Shown: positions 50,708-63,036, counted from the whole stretch's first letter. The stretch is DNA of 63,802 bases, filler included, from Lama guanicoe (GCA_013239625.1; 99 parts of 99 records of this genome joined end to end with filler, not necessarily neighbours in it), one strand, 5' to 3'. Translations and numbers: made by a program. Notes: generated by a model not told the origin, from the letters alone.

Positions 50708-50843
50708 GTTTTTTCACAATTTTATTTTAGGTGGGGAGGGAGATAATCAGGTTTATTTATTAATTTTTAGAGGAGGTACTGGGGATTGAACCCAGGACCT
50801 CATGCATGCATGCACTCTACCACTTGAGTTATACTCTCCCCTC
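50708..50843 (-). mobile_element. tRNA-derived camelid SINE (Vic-1-like) with 11-bp TSD
   Basis: Minus: GGGAGAGTATAACTCAAGTGGTAGAGTGCATG..GAGGTCCTGGGTTCAATCCCCAGTACCTCC..AATAAATAAACCT (A and B boxes); TATTTCTGCAT at 50697-50707 and 50844-50854. Confidence 0.88.
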
Positions 50844-50960
50844 TATTTCTGCATTTTACAAATGAGGAAACTAGTATCTTAAGAAGTTGAATGACTTGTA
50901 AGTATCAAAGGCAGGATTCCAACTCAGGAACACGTGACTCCCCAAACCTGTGCTTTTTGC
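50844..50960. mobile_element. MIR remnant (host of the SINE)
   Basis: CATTTTACAAATGAGGAAACT..AAGTTGAATGACTTG..GGCAGGATTCCAACTCAGG. Confidence 0.7.
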
Positions 50961-51612
50961 CATGGTCTTCGAGTATGTGGTGATTATAAACAAAGTCAAT
51001 TTTTTAAAAAATTTTTTTGAAAACTTGGAAAATTCAGGTTAAGCACACTTCGCCTTGGATAGCTAGATATTTCAGGTGGCAGGGGTTTTTTGCTTGGTTT
51101 GGTTTGGGATTTTGGGAGAGGGCAGCATTAACCTGTTAATTGTAATATATATTGTGTGTATATATTGATTGGCCCCATGACCGGCCACAATTTTCCCTTC
51201 TCTTTGCTTACTTCATTTCACCCCTCCTCCAAGGCTCCCCTAAGACCTCTCCACCTTGTGCTCCCTCAAAAGGCTTTCCTATACACTGAGACCTGGCNNN
51301 NNNNNNNNNNNNNNNNNNNNNNNNNNNNNNNNNNNNNNNNNTTAATTAATTAANNNNNNNNNNNNNNNNNNNNNNNNNNNNNNNNNNNNNNNNNNNNTGT
51401 GTGTTTTCTCTCCCGCTATCCATTGTTGAATGAGCACATAGTGATCAATCCTCACATTCACTCATAGACCAGGTTTGTACTTAAGACTTGGCTTAATCTG
51501 CGGGTCAGATTCACAACTGGAGAGCATCTTTATATACCCACAACCTGGCCATCCCCAGCATTAAGTTGGCAGTTAATGTATTTACTCTTTTTTATTTCCC
51601 ATATAAAGCTGA

Positions 51613-51666
51613 TTATTAATTATTATTATTATTATCATCATCATCATCATCATCATTATTATTATT
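51613..51666. repeat. Compound (ATT)n(ATC)n microsatellite
   Basis: Read directly from the sequence. Confidence 0.9.
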
Positions 51667-52333
51667 TTACTGTGAAATGACATAGTTCAGAAGAAATATA
51701 GTTCTAATCGTCCTCTGCCCAGCCATTTTATTTACAAGAATTTTACCTTCCAGTGAATAATATGTTTTTTGACAACTGTTCCTCTATCTGATTTCCAGGC
51801 TATTTCTGACATCACTTATCTCTGAAGGGATTTAGAAAGAAGAGCGTAATGAGGAAATAACACTCTCAAAAACATTCCTTACTTTAGAGCCCCTGCCTAG
51901 ATCTCTGGTTACAGTTCACCCCCAGCGTCTTAAGACCATCCAAGAAGCATGGCGCCTGCTTCACAGGAGGAAGAGGAAGACGGTCAGAGCCTGTTCCCTG
52001 GTCTGAAACTTATGGCAAAGAAATCTGAGCTCTGGGTACCAGTATTGCCCTTCGTGCTTATTTTCTGAAGCCTCCTCAGTTTCCATCTTTTGATGAGCAT
52101 GGATTTCAGTGGCCAATTGAAAGTGACCACAACAGAAGCTGTTACCTACATATCACGTATCAATTTTTTTTTTTTTTAATGTCATGGTAATCCACACCGT
52201 GCTGGCAGAGTCTGGGATGTGACTGTCATCTCTNNNNNNNNNNNNNNNNNNNNNNNNNNNNNNNNNNNNNNNNNNNNTTAATTAATTAANNNNNNNNNNN
52301 NNNNNNNNNNNNNNNNNNNNNNNNNNNNNNNNN

Positions 52334-52567
52334 TCAGCGATATAAAATGTCAACATAATGCCATTTTCAGGAACATGGATGCCCCTGGAGAAAATCAATC
52401 TAAGTGAAGTAAGCGAGAAAGAGAAAGAAAAATACCATATGAGATGGCTCATCATTGAAATCTAAAAATAAAATAAACAAAACAAAAAAAACCCAAATTC
52501 AAAACAGAAATAGACTCCCAGATATAGAATACAATGTTTTGGTTGTCAAGGGGTGGAGGGCGGGAGA
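52334..52567 (+). mobile_element. L1 ORF2 end/3'UTR fragment
   Basis: CATAATGCCATTT..AACATGGATG..CTAAGTGAAGTAAGC.AGAAAGAGAAAGAAAAATACCATATGA. Confidence 0.82.
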
Positions 52568-53602
52568 NNNNNNNNNNNNNNNNNNNNNNNNNNNNNNNNN
52601 NNNNNNNNNNNTTAATTAATTAANNNNNNNNNNNNNNNNNNNNNNNNNNNNNNNNNNNNNNNNNNNNAAGCAGCAAAATCTTTGCAAAGTTCAACTCATA
52701 AATTTCATTTGGTCAATGAACAATGAACATTTGGAACACACTCTGTTCTGCCTATGGTAAAGTACAGTTTTAACCTATCATACGGGTTTTAGAAAAAAGG
52801 ACAATGTGGTGAAAGGTAGCCTCATATTCAGTCTTCTGATCCCCAAGGGGCTGAATAAGAAGGAACCTCGGGCCTGGAACACTTCTTTACTAAAAGAATT
52901 CTCTGTGCTTGTTTTATCAGTGCGTGTGAAGGTGTTTGCTCCTGTTTAAGACGCGATGTGTACTCTTCGTTCTGTTTAAGCTTGTGCGTCATATGGAACC
53001 TGGCCAACCCCACTGTTAAATCTGTCCCCTGAGGGGAGGAGACAGGTCTCCTGTTCTTTGGCATAAAAGTGATGTGTGTAGGCCAGTGGTCCCACAGCAG
53101 TGGAGGGACCAGTTGGCTATGGGGACCCAGTGCCCACTGTGGGAGCAGCTGTTTCTTTGCCTCTTTGCTATGTGAGTAAATCATTGTCCATCCAGTGCTT
53201 GACTGTGTTGTGCTTTCCTTGGTGACACGGATACAAAGATGCAGTGGGCAGCAGTGTTCAGACTTTGACTCCTGGTCCTAGGCAATATGCCGCTTATTCA
53301 GCAGAAAAGATTAAGGGTTGTTTTTTTTTTTTAACTGTGTGCCAAGACCCATGCTGCATGCTTTATATGTTTAATTATTTAAATTTGTTTTATTGACATA
53401 AAATCATTATTTAGAAAAATGCACAGATCTTACTGTTTTTAAGTTTTTGACAATTGTATGAACCTTTATAACAATTGCATAAAGCAAGACACAGGCAATT
53501 TTNNNNNNNNNNNNNNNNNNNNNNNNNNNNNNNNNNNNNNNNNNNNTTAATTAATTAANNNNNNNNNNNNNNNNNNNNNNNNNNNNNNNNNNNNNNNNNN
53601 NN

Positions 53603-54059
53603 GTCCTTTGAAGCACAGAAGTTTTTAATTTTACTGAAGTCCAGTTTACTTCATTTTTTTCTTTTGTTGTTTGTGCTTTTGGTGTCATATATGACAAGTA
53701 TTTGTAATCCAAAGTCCTGAAGATTTTCTCATTGTTCATTTTCTAAAAGTTTTATAGTTTCAGGTCTGTGATTTATTTTCAGTTAACTTTCATAAATGGT
53801 GTTAAGATAAAAGTTCAGTTTTCTTTCTTTCCAGGTGTATGTGCAGGCGTTCCAGCATCATTTTTCTAAAGATTATTTTTTCCCCATTAGATTGTCATGG
53901 CAAGTTTGTCAAAAATTATTTGGCTACGTGTAATAGATTGTTTATGGACTCTCAGTTCTTTTCTCTAAATTTATTTGTCTGTCCTTTATGCAAGTACCAC
54001 ACTATGTGGATTAGTTTTGTTAGTGAGTTTTGAATTTGGAAACTTGAAATCTTTGTTCT
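53603..54059 (-). mobile_element. Old L1 ORF2 fragment
   Basis: GTCCTTTGAAGCACAGAAGTTTTTAATTTT..TGTGCTTTTGGTGTCATAT. Confidence 0.82.
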
Positions 54060-54339
54060 NNNNNNNNNNNNNNNNNNNNNNNNNNNNNNNNNNNNNNNNN
54101 NNNTTAATTAATTAANNNNNNNNNNNNNNNNNNNNNNNNNNNNNNNNNNNNNNNNNNNNCGAGTACCTTTTAAACATGCACAAATTATCGCTTGTGCAAG
54201 CATCACCCACACTCCTGTGTAGCATGCAGGCTCTCTGTACAGATGTGACTACATCCCTCGTGCACCATGGGAGTCACTGCCTGGCAAATTACAGAACACA
54301 TTTCTACAACATTATTAGATACCTTTTTTGTTGGTTTTT

Positions 54340-54928
54340 TGTTTGTTTTAATTGAAGTATAGTTGGTTTATGATATTGTGTTATTATACATATATACATA
54401 TACAGTGGTACATATACATGTATATATAATATATCTATTCCGTTTCATATTGTTTTTCATAGGCTATTACAAGATATTGAATATAATTACCTGTGCTATA
54501 TAGTAGGACCCTGCTGTTGGTCTATTTTATATACAGTAGTTAGTATCTGTGAATCCTGAACTCCTAATTTATCCCTCCACCTTCCCTTCCCTTCCCCCCC
54601 CAACCAAAAGTTTGTTTTCTATGTCTGTGCATCTGTCTCTCTTTTGTAAATAAGTTCACTTGTGTCATTTTTTTAGATTCCACAATGATATTTTTCATTC
54701 TCTTTCTTACTTCATTCAGTGTGATGATCTTCAGGCCCATCCATACTGCTGCAAATGGCATTATTTTATGCTTTTTTATGGCTGAGTAGTATTCCACAGT
54801 ATAAATATACCACAACTTCTTTATCTGTTCATCTGTGGATGGACATTTAGGTTGCTTCCATGTGTTGACTACTGTAAATAGTGCTGCTATGAATATTGGG
54901 ATGCAGGTATCTTTTCAAAATAGAGTTT
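54340..54928 (-). mobile_element. L1 ORF2 end/3'UTR
   Basis: WYIYTVEYYSAIKKHKIMPFAAVWMGL; TTTAATTGAAGTATAGTTG tail. Confidence 0.9.
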
Positions 54929-55028
54929 NNNNNNNNNNNNNNNNNNNNNNNNNNNNNNNNNNNNNNNNNNNNTTAATTAATTAANNNNNNNNNNNNNNNN
55001 NNNNNNNNNNNNNNNNNNNNNNNNNNNN

Positions 55029-55430
55029 TATACTTTATTTTGCATTCCGTATTCTATATTCTATATTCTGTGTCCTAAATTGTATATTCAAAATTGTATA
55101 TTCAGTATTCTGTATTCTACATTCTAAATTCCTATTTCTGCATTCAATGTTCTTAATTCTGGGTTCTGAATTCTGTTTTCCATATTCTAAATTCTGTGTT
55201 CTACATTGTATATTCTGTATTCAATATTCTGCATTCCATATTCTACATTCCATATTCTGTGTTCTACATTCTATATTCTAAATTCTATATTCAGTATTCT
55301 GTATTCTATATTCTAAATTCTTTGTTCTACATTCCATATTCTTTATTCTGGTTTCTATATTCTTTATTCTATATTCTATATTTTGTGTTCATATTTCTAT
55401 ACACTATATTCTATATTCTGCATCCGTAGT
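55029..55430. repeat. AT-rich heptamer satellite
   Basis: 7-bp periodicity. Confidence 0.92.
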
Positions 55431-56471
55431 NNNNNNNNNNNNNNNNNNNNNNNNNNNNNNNNNNNNNNNNNNNNTTAATTAATTAANNNNNNNNNNNNNN
55501 NNNNNNNNNNNNNNNNNNNNNNNNNNNNNNAGCACAGAGCACTCAGAACCTTATTTATAAACCAGTCTACTTTTCCTTTTTCTTCATTTTCCTTTAATTT
55601 TTTTTCCTTTTTTTATTGTATTTTTTAAAAACACACATAGCCACACTCCAATAAAGGGCAACCTGGTTCCTGCTGAAATAAAGAAGCTTTAGATTATCAA
55701 AAGAAAGGCTTTAATTAGCAAAGCTGAAAAGACCTGATTTTCTTCCCAAAGTGTCTTTCCTTTGAAAGAAGCAACTTTAAGTTTTCCTGACCTATTTGAA
55801 ACTGAATATAACTTAGATATTTAGAAATGTAAAGAAAATCTAATCAACAAAAATCTTAGTATTATTAGATTAGAAGAGATCTAAAGACTTTATTTTATTC
55901 TTTATAAAAAAAAAGGTTGATGTGCAAGGTAATAAACATAAAACTAGAATTCAATACTATAAAAACAGATTAAATTTCACCCAATTCTCATTCTAAGGCC
56001 CTGAAAGAGTAATGTAATGAGATCAGTTCAGGTAAGTCAGCTCATTGAGTCACAGTAGTGAAGCTGAAGTCTAATGGGGCTTTCTTCATTTAGAAAAGAG
56101 AGTACATAGTAATTTGGTGTTAATATAGCAAAGATTCACAAGATTTTATGCAAAAAAGGAACTTTATTGTTTGTTTCTACAGGCATAAAAAGGACTGTAT
56201 GCTATATTCAGTATACTATAAGCTAGTATTTAAAAGTAGCCTACAGTTCAAACACTTCATTTGAAACTGGAATAGTCCTCAAAAAGTTAAAAGCACGACC
56301 AAATCATTAATAAGAATACTAGTCAGCATCTGTGAGCTCTTGGATATTTGAATTATATTTATTATTTTAATNNNNNNNNNNNNNNNNNNNNNNNNNNNNN
56401 NNNNNNNNNNNNNNNTTAATTAATTAANNNNNNNNNNNNNNNNNNNNNNNNNNNNNNNNNNNNNNNNNNNN

Positions 56472-56955
56472 CGCTCTCTGGCTGGGGTGTCATCACAACA
56501 AACACAGAGAACCGGGCCGATCCCCAAGTCCCCTGTCGGGGGAGAGGCTGCCCGCCAATTGGAGCCCTGTTGGCTGCTTCTGTCCCTTAGCTGGGGCCTG
56601 AGAGCTCCCTTCACAACCCAGTCCTTTTGATACAAGAAAAAAAAAGTGGGGCAATAGAAGGGCTGTGTCCCAGGCTTTGGTTGAGCCCCTGGGATGTGCC
56701 TCACCAGATTTTGTTCCTTGGCTTCCTGCAGTAAAGTATTCAAGAGCAAGCCAGTGTTGATTAAAGGTAGATTTATTCAGAGAGAGACATTGAAAGGCAA
56801 GAGAAACGTCACGAAGTTTGGGGGTTTGATGCTCAAATTAAAAGTAGGTACACACTCCACAGACAGAGTATGGGCCTTCTCCGAAGAGGGAGACAGAGGG
56901 GTGACCGCGAGGTGGCGCTGTTTTGCTCGTTTTCTTGGGCTTGGTGGCTTCATAT
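56472..56955 (-). mobile_element. ERV 5' LTR end (56712-56955), putative PBS (56689-56706) and leader
   Basis: Minus: AATAAA (56772-56777)...GGAACA, short spacer, TGGTGAGGCACATCCCAG. Confidence 0.55.
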
Positions 56956-57055
56956 NNNNNNNNNNNNNNNNNNNNNNNNNNNNNNNNNNNNNNNNNNNNT
57001 TAATTAATTAANNNNNNNNNNNNNNNNNNNNNNNNNNNNNNNNNNNNNNNNNNNN

Positions 57056-57432
57056 CGGAATGCTAGTGGGGTTTGCAGGCAATCCCAGTGACAGAGGCTG
57101 CCTCTCCAAGCCCAGGGAATTTATTTCTCAGACTTCCCCATTCAGGGAACACCTGTGACTGAAGAGAGCTGCGTGGAGTTGTCTCTCGAGCTCCCCCACG
57201 CACTGACAATGGTTCCGGATTCCTGAGCATGGGGAGGTTCCACCAACGGTCGACAGCGAGTGGGTTCTATTGGAATGCATAAGCTCGACTCCCCTGGGGT
57301 TTTCCTAATTTCTCTGTGCCAGGGAATGCTAGGGGGTTTTGCAGGCAATCCCAGAGACCGAGGCTGCCTCCCCAATGTCAGGGAGGTATTTCTCAAAATT
57401 CCCCCTAACAGGGAACAACTGTGACTGAAGAG
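57056..57432 (-). repeat. 267-bp GC-rich satellite (subtype 1-like)
   Basis: Reverse complement monomer. Confidence 0.93.
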
Positions 57433-58062
57433 NNNNNNNNNNNNNNNNNNNNNNNNNNNNNNNNNNNNNNNNNNNNTTAATTAATTAANNNNNNNNNNNN
57501 NNNNNNNNNNNNNNNNNNNNNNNNNNNNNNNNTGGGAAAGGAAGGTTGGCTTCCCTAGAAAGATTTTAGAACGTGGCAGAGAGGCAGCTGTGGCATAAGC
57601 TTCAGCATCCAGGAAGCCTACTCTTCACCCCCATGGATGAGACCAAAAGCTGTTCTCAAGAATGGGGAGAACGAGAGAAGACTTTGATGTCAGGTATCCA
57701 TGCCAAAAGTTTAGGCACCTTCCTGGTACTGTTACTCCAAGAGATTTTGGCTTCAGCAGTATTTCTGAAAGTGTGTTTCTATGGTTAGATGTCAGAACTC
57801 CAAGTGGGAAAGTTAAGTCCATTTCTTTAAGGCTGTGTGTGGCAGACACTGTTAATTGGCTACCCTCAATGTCTCTCCCAACCCCCTCTACCTTGCCATT
57901 TTTCACTACCAATGCTAGAATTCGTTATTCACTTCCTGTCTTCCTTGCAGATAGTGGTGAGCNNNNNNNNNNNNNNNNNNNNNNNNNNNNNNNNNNNNNN
58001 NNNNNNTTAATTAATTAANNNNNNNNNNNNNNNNNNNNNNNNNNNNNNNNNNNNNNNNNNNN

Positions 58063-59011
58063 AGCTCCAACTCGGTTTTACATTGAAAAGTGCAGGAACT
58101 TAAAACCGCCACTAGGAAACAGACTGAGAAACCAAGGTAAATGTTTCTCCTGCAAACTGTTCTTTGTGTTAGATGAAAGAACGTCTCTACACATGCTCAC
58201 TTTTGAGGGTTAAGCGTGTGTGAAAGCTTTTCTTCACCTTGCTTGTTTGGAATACAAAGTTTCTATTTAGGTGCAAACCCCATACATACATATATATGGG
58301 TAGGTACAAGCTCCAACTCGGTTTTAGAGTGAAAGCTACAGGAACTTCAACCGGCACTAAGAAACAGACTGAGAATCCTGAGAAAGTGTTTCTCCTGCAA
58401 CCTGTTCCCTGTGAGATGGATGAACGAACGTCTCTCCACAGGCTCATATTTGACAGTTAAACATATGTGAAAGCCATCCTTCACCTAGCTTGTAGGGAAC
58501 ACAAAGTTCCTCTTCAGTTGCAAACACCAATACATAATTATATAAAGGGAGGTACAAACTCCAACTCATTTTTACAGTGAAAACTGAAGGAATTTCAAAC
58601 CGACACCAGGAAACAGATTGAGAAACCAGAGAAAGTGCTTCTCCTGCAACCTGTTCCCTTTGAGTTAAATGAACGAACTTCTCTCCACATGCTCACTTTT
58701 GAGAGATAAGCGTGTGTGAAAGCCTTCCTTCACATAGCTTGTTGGGAACACAAAGATTCTCTCCAGTTGCAAATTGCACTACATACATATATATGGGGAG
58801 TTACAAGCTCCAACATAATTTTCCACTGAAAACTGCAGGAACTTCAAACCGGCACAAGGAAACATACAGAGAAAGCAGAGTAAGTGTTCTTCCTGCAACC
58901 TTTTCTCTTGTGCTAGATGAACGAACATCTCTCCACATGCTCAATTTGAGAGATAAGCATCATTGAAAGCCGTCCTTCACCTTGCTTGTTGGGAACACAA
59001 AGATTCTCTTC
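58063..59011 (+). repeat. ~250-bp satellite, ~3.8 monomers
   Basis: ACTGAGAA/ATTGAGAA anchors at 58123, 58368, 58617. Confidence 0.95.
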
Positions 59012-59703
59012 NNNNNNNNNNNNNNNNNNNNNNNNNNNNNNNNNNNNNNNNNNNNTTAATTAATTAANNNNNNNNNNNNNNNNNNNNNNNNNNNNNNNNN
59101 NNNNNNNNNNNCACCTCAAAGAGCAGATACTATAAATTCCTGATGAAGGATGAGGCTGCCACCACAAACTGACTCAGCTTGAAATTAATATTCAAGATGA
59201 AGCAGCGGATACACGTAAATATTCACGATTGTCAAGTCTGCCCACGGGTCTGGGCCCTTCACTGCCTGAACGGGGGTGCAATCCCCACCCGTGTCTGGGA
59301 GAGAAGCGCGGCTCTTCCCCGGCTCACCCAGGCTTCACGGGGTATTTCCCCCCACAGACTGGCCTCAACGATTAAAAGATCTCAAGATTTTTACACCATG
59401 CAAATCTAAAAGACATTTCTGCAGATGGAGCACTTTGTCAGGCTTAAATCTTTTTTGCCTACATTCAGCCAGGGGGAAAAAAGAAACATGACTCTACAAA
59501 GTCTCTGACCTGCACCACTCACAGGAATAGAACGGCCACAGCAGAAGATGGTTATTCACATTGCAGGATGAGAAAAAAATAAAGATGCCCCGACAACAGG
59601 CACNNNNNNNNNNNNNNNNNNNNNNNNNNNNNNNNNNNNNNNNNNNNTTAATTAATTAANNNNNNNNNNNNNNNNNNNNNNNNNNNNNNNNNNNNNNNNN
59701 NNN

Positions 59704-60369
59704 TAAACAATGTAAATTACATGTCTATTGGTGAGAATTCGCTCAAAGAGTGATTTGCAGTGCCAAATGTCCGATTTTAGAACCTAGTGATACAAAAATC
59801 TATGAAGTCAGAGTAAATATTTCAAAGTGTATATATGCCTTGATTGGTGGATGAAAGTTCACTAATCCACATGCTCACAACTCAGAAACGCATGTTTCTC
59901 GAATCCGTCATGCATGTATCATGTACGGAACCCGGAAAGCCATGATGATGGAATTCATGTAAATTATATATCTATTAGGTTGAATACACTCCAGAAGTAT
60001 TCTTGGGTGAAAAATGCATGAATCAAAACTGGTGTTAGGGAAAGCTTGTGAAAATGTGTACACGAGTCTATATGAAATTATTCCTTTTATAGAGGATGAA
60101 AAATCTGTAATCCACATGCTCACAACTCAGGAATGCATGTATGTCGAATCCGTCATGCATGTAACATGTACGGAACACGGAATTTCATGTTGAAGGTATC
60201 TATTCAAATTACATATCTCTAGGGTAGAATTCGCTCCAAGAGGGTTTTTCTGGGATCAAAGTGTGATTATTCAAACTGGTGATAGGAGAAGCAACGAAGT
60301 ACAAGGAAATATTTTAAAGGGCATAAGTAACATGTTTGGTGGTTGAAATATCTGTCATGTGCATGTTCA
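59704..60369 (+). repeat. ~245-bp satellite, distant relative of the ~250-bp family
   Basis: TCCACATGCTCACAACTCAG..CGAATCCGTCATGCATGTA at 59866 and 60111. Confidence 0.85.
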
Positions 60370-60469
60370 NNNNNNNNNNNNNNNNNNNNNNNNNNNNNNN
60401 NNNNNNNNNNNNNTTAATTAATTAANNNNNNNNNNNNNNNNNNNNNNNNNNNNNNNNNNNNNNNNNNNN

Positions 60470-60747
60470 GTTGCAGGAAATCCCAGTGGCAGAGGATGGA
60501 TCCCCAAGGTAAGGGAAGATATTTCTCGGACTTCCCCGATCAGGAAACACCTGTGATTAAAGAGAGTTGCGTGGAGATCTCTCTCGAACTCCCCCACTCA
60601 ATGACAATGTTTCTGGGATCCTGAGCGTGGGGAGGTTTCACCAAGGGTCGGCAGCGCGTGGGTCATAACGGAATGCATGTGCTCTTCTCCCCTGAGGCTT
60701 TTCCTCATGTCTCTCTGCCTGGGAATGCTAGGGGGGGTTGCAGGAAA
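60470..60747 (-). repeat. 267-bp GC-rich satellite, one monomer
   Basis: Reverse complement monomer. Confidence 0.92.
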
Positions 60748-61347
60748 NNNNNNNNNNNNNNNNNNNNNNNNNNNNNNNNNNNNNNNNNNNNTTAATTAAT
60801 TAANNNNNNNNNNNNNNNNNNNNNNNNNNNNNNNNNNNNNNNNNNNNTGTCCCCAGCGCTCCTTACTCAGGCACACCTTGTCCTTGATGCTTCCTGTGGC
60901 TGCAACGCTCTTTTCCCAGATATCTGTTCCACTGTCGGTGCTTTCCAAACATCACTTTGCTTTTACATGCTAAATGAAGCAGAACTCAGTGTGGATATGT
61001 AGCTTGGTCTGCGATCCACTGGAAAACTTGGTGACTCTAAGTTACAGGGAACACAAAGGTTTAAACAAAGTAACACACCATGAAATCAGTTCTCCTGTCT
61101 ACAGGTGAATGATCGCACCATAGCATATATTTACATCTAGGAGGATTTTTTAAGTTAGTTTGCATAGGATTAATATTCACTAAGTTTTCTTTCATAATGG
61201 ATTTCTGGGATTTTAGAGTTCTGGCCAGGCAGACCTTAGTCATTTTTNNNNNNNNNNNNNNNNNNNNNNNNNNNNNNNNNNNNNNNNNNNNTTAATTAAT
61301 TAANNNNNNNNNNNNNNNNNNNNNNNNNNNNNNNNNNNNNNNNNNNN

Positions 61348-62036
61348 CCCATATATATTTATGGAGTGGAGTTTGCAAATGAAGAGAAACTTTGTGCTCC
61401 CAAGAAGCTCGGTGAAGGACAGCTTTCAAACACTCTTAACCCTCACAACTGATCATGTGAGAGAAGTTCGTTCATCAAGCACAAAGGGAACAGTTTGCAG
61501 GAGAAACCCTTACTCTGTTTTCTCAGTCTGTTTGCTAGTGCCGGTTTGAAGTTCCTGTCAGTTTTTATTGTAAATCCGATTTGGAGCTTGTACCTCCCCA
61601 TATATATGTATAGATTGGTGTCTGCAACTGAAGAGAAACTTTGTGTTTCCAACAAGCTAAGTGATGGACGACTTTCACACACGCTTAACTCTCTAAACTG
61701 AGCATGTGGAGAGACGTTCGTTCATATAGCAAAAAGGGAATAAGTTGCAGGGGAAACACTTACTCTGGTTTCTCAGTCTGTTTCCTAGTGCCGGTTTGAA
61801 GTTCCTGTCAGTTTTCACTGTAAATCCGAGTTGGAGCTTGCACCTCCCCATATATATGTATGGAGTGGAGTCTGCAACTGAAGAGATACTTTGTGTTCCC
61901 AACCAGCTAGGTGAAGTACGGCTTTCACACACGCGTAACTCTCAAAGCTGGGCATGTGGAGAGACGTTCATTCATCTAACAAAAAGAGAACAGGTTGCAG
62001 AAGAAACACTTACTCTGGTTTCTCAGTCTGTTTCCT
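61348..62036 (-). repeat. ~250-bp satellite
   Basis: TACTCTG at 61511, 61761, 62011 (period 250). Confidence 0.95.
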
Positions 62037-62136
62037 NNNNNNNNNNNNNNNNNNNNNNNNNNNNNNNNNNNNNNNNNNNNTTAATTAATTAANNNNNNNN
62101 NNNNNNNNNNNNNNNNNNNNNNNNNNNNNNNNNNNN

Positions 62137-62600
62137 GGCAGCAAGAGAAAAGCAAAGAGTGAACTACAAGGCAACCCCCATAAGGTTCTCAGCTGATTTC
62201 TATACACAAACACTACAGGCCGGAAGGGAGTGGCAAGATATATTCAAAGCCCTGAATGAAAAAAAGATGCAGCCTAGGATACTTTATCCAGCAAGGCTAT
62301 CCTTTAGGATAGAAGGAGAAATAAAGAGTTTCACAGACAAAAAAAAGCTGCAGGAGTTTAGCAACACTAAACCCATGCTAAAAGAAATATTGAAAGGGCT
62401 ATTCTAAATAGAAAAGCAGCAGGATGCTACACAAATGAGAAACGTACAACTGGAAAGGTGATAACTCATGAATTACAAATAAAGAAAACACGAAATTATA
62501 AAAGAAGACATACAAACTACTGGGAGAGGGAGGCAGGGAAATATAGAATTATTTTTCTTTTTTAAAATTTTTTAACAGTAGGATGGGTTTGAGATCATGT
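62137..62600 (+). mobile_element. L1 ORF1 C-terminus (open frame to stop at 62407) plus downstream spacer
   Basis: NYKATPIRFSADFYTQTLQAGREWQDIFKALNEKKMQPRILYPARLSFRIEGEIKSFTDKKKLQEF. Confidence 0.95.
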
Positions 62601-62700
62601 NNNNNNNNNNNNNNNNNNNNNNNNNNNNNNNNNNNNNNNNNNNNTTAATTAATTAANNNNNNNNNNNNNNNNNNNNNNNNNNNNNNNNNNNNNNNNNNNN

Positions 62701-62936
62701 TGAATATAGAATTAGAACACAGAATATAGAATACGGCATGCAGAATATAAAATACAGAATGTACAGTAATGAGCACAAAATATAGAAAAGAGAATATAGA
62801 ACCCAGAATCCAGAATATGAAATGTAGAACACAGAATATAGTACATAGAATAGGGAATATGGAACCCAAAATATAGAACATGGAATACAGAACACAGAAT
62901 TTAGAATATACATTACAGAATACATAATATCGAATT
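62701..62936. repeat. AT-rich heptamer satellite
   Basis: 7-bp periodicity. Confidence 0.9.
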
Positions 62937-63036
62937 NNNNNNNNNNNNNNNNNNNNNNNNNNNNNNNNNNNNNNNNNNNNTTAATTAATTAANNNNNNNN
63001 NNNNNNNNNNNNNNNNNNNNNNNNNNNNNNNNNNNN

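Noticed and set aside
50770..50843. tRNA gene
   Set aside because: Degenerate cloverleaf with SINE tail and TSD; it is a SINE head
57533..57962. 95-118 aa ORFs on both strands
   Set aside because: No recognisable homology; lengths compatible with chance
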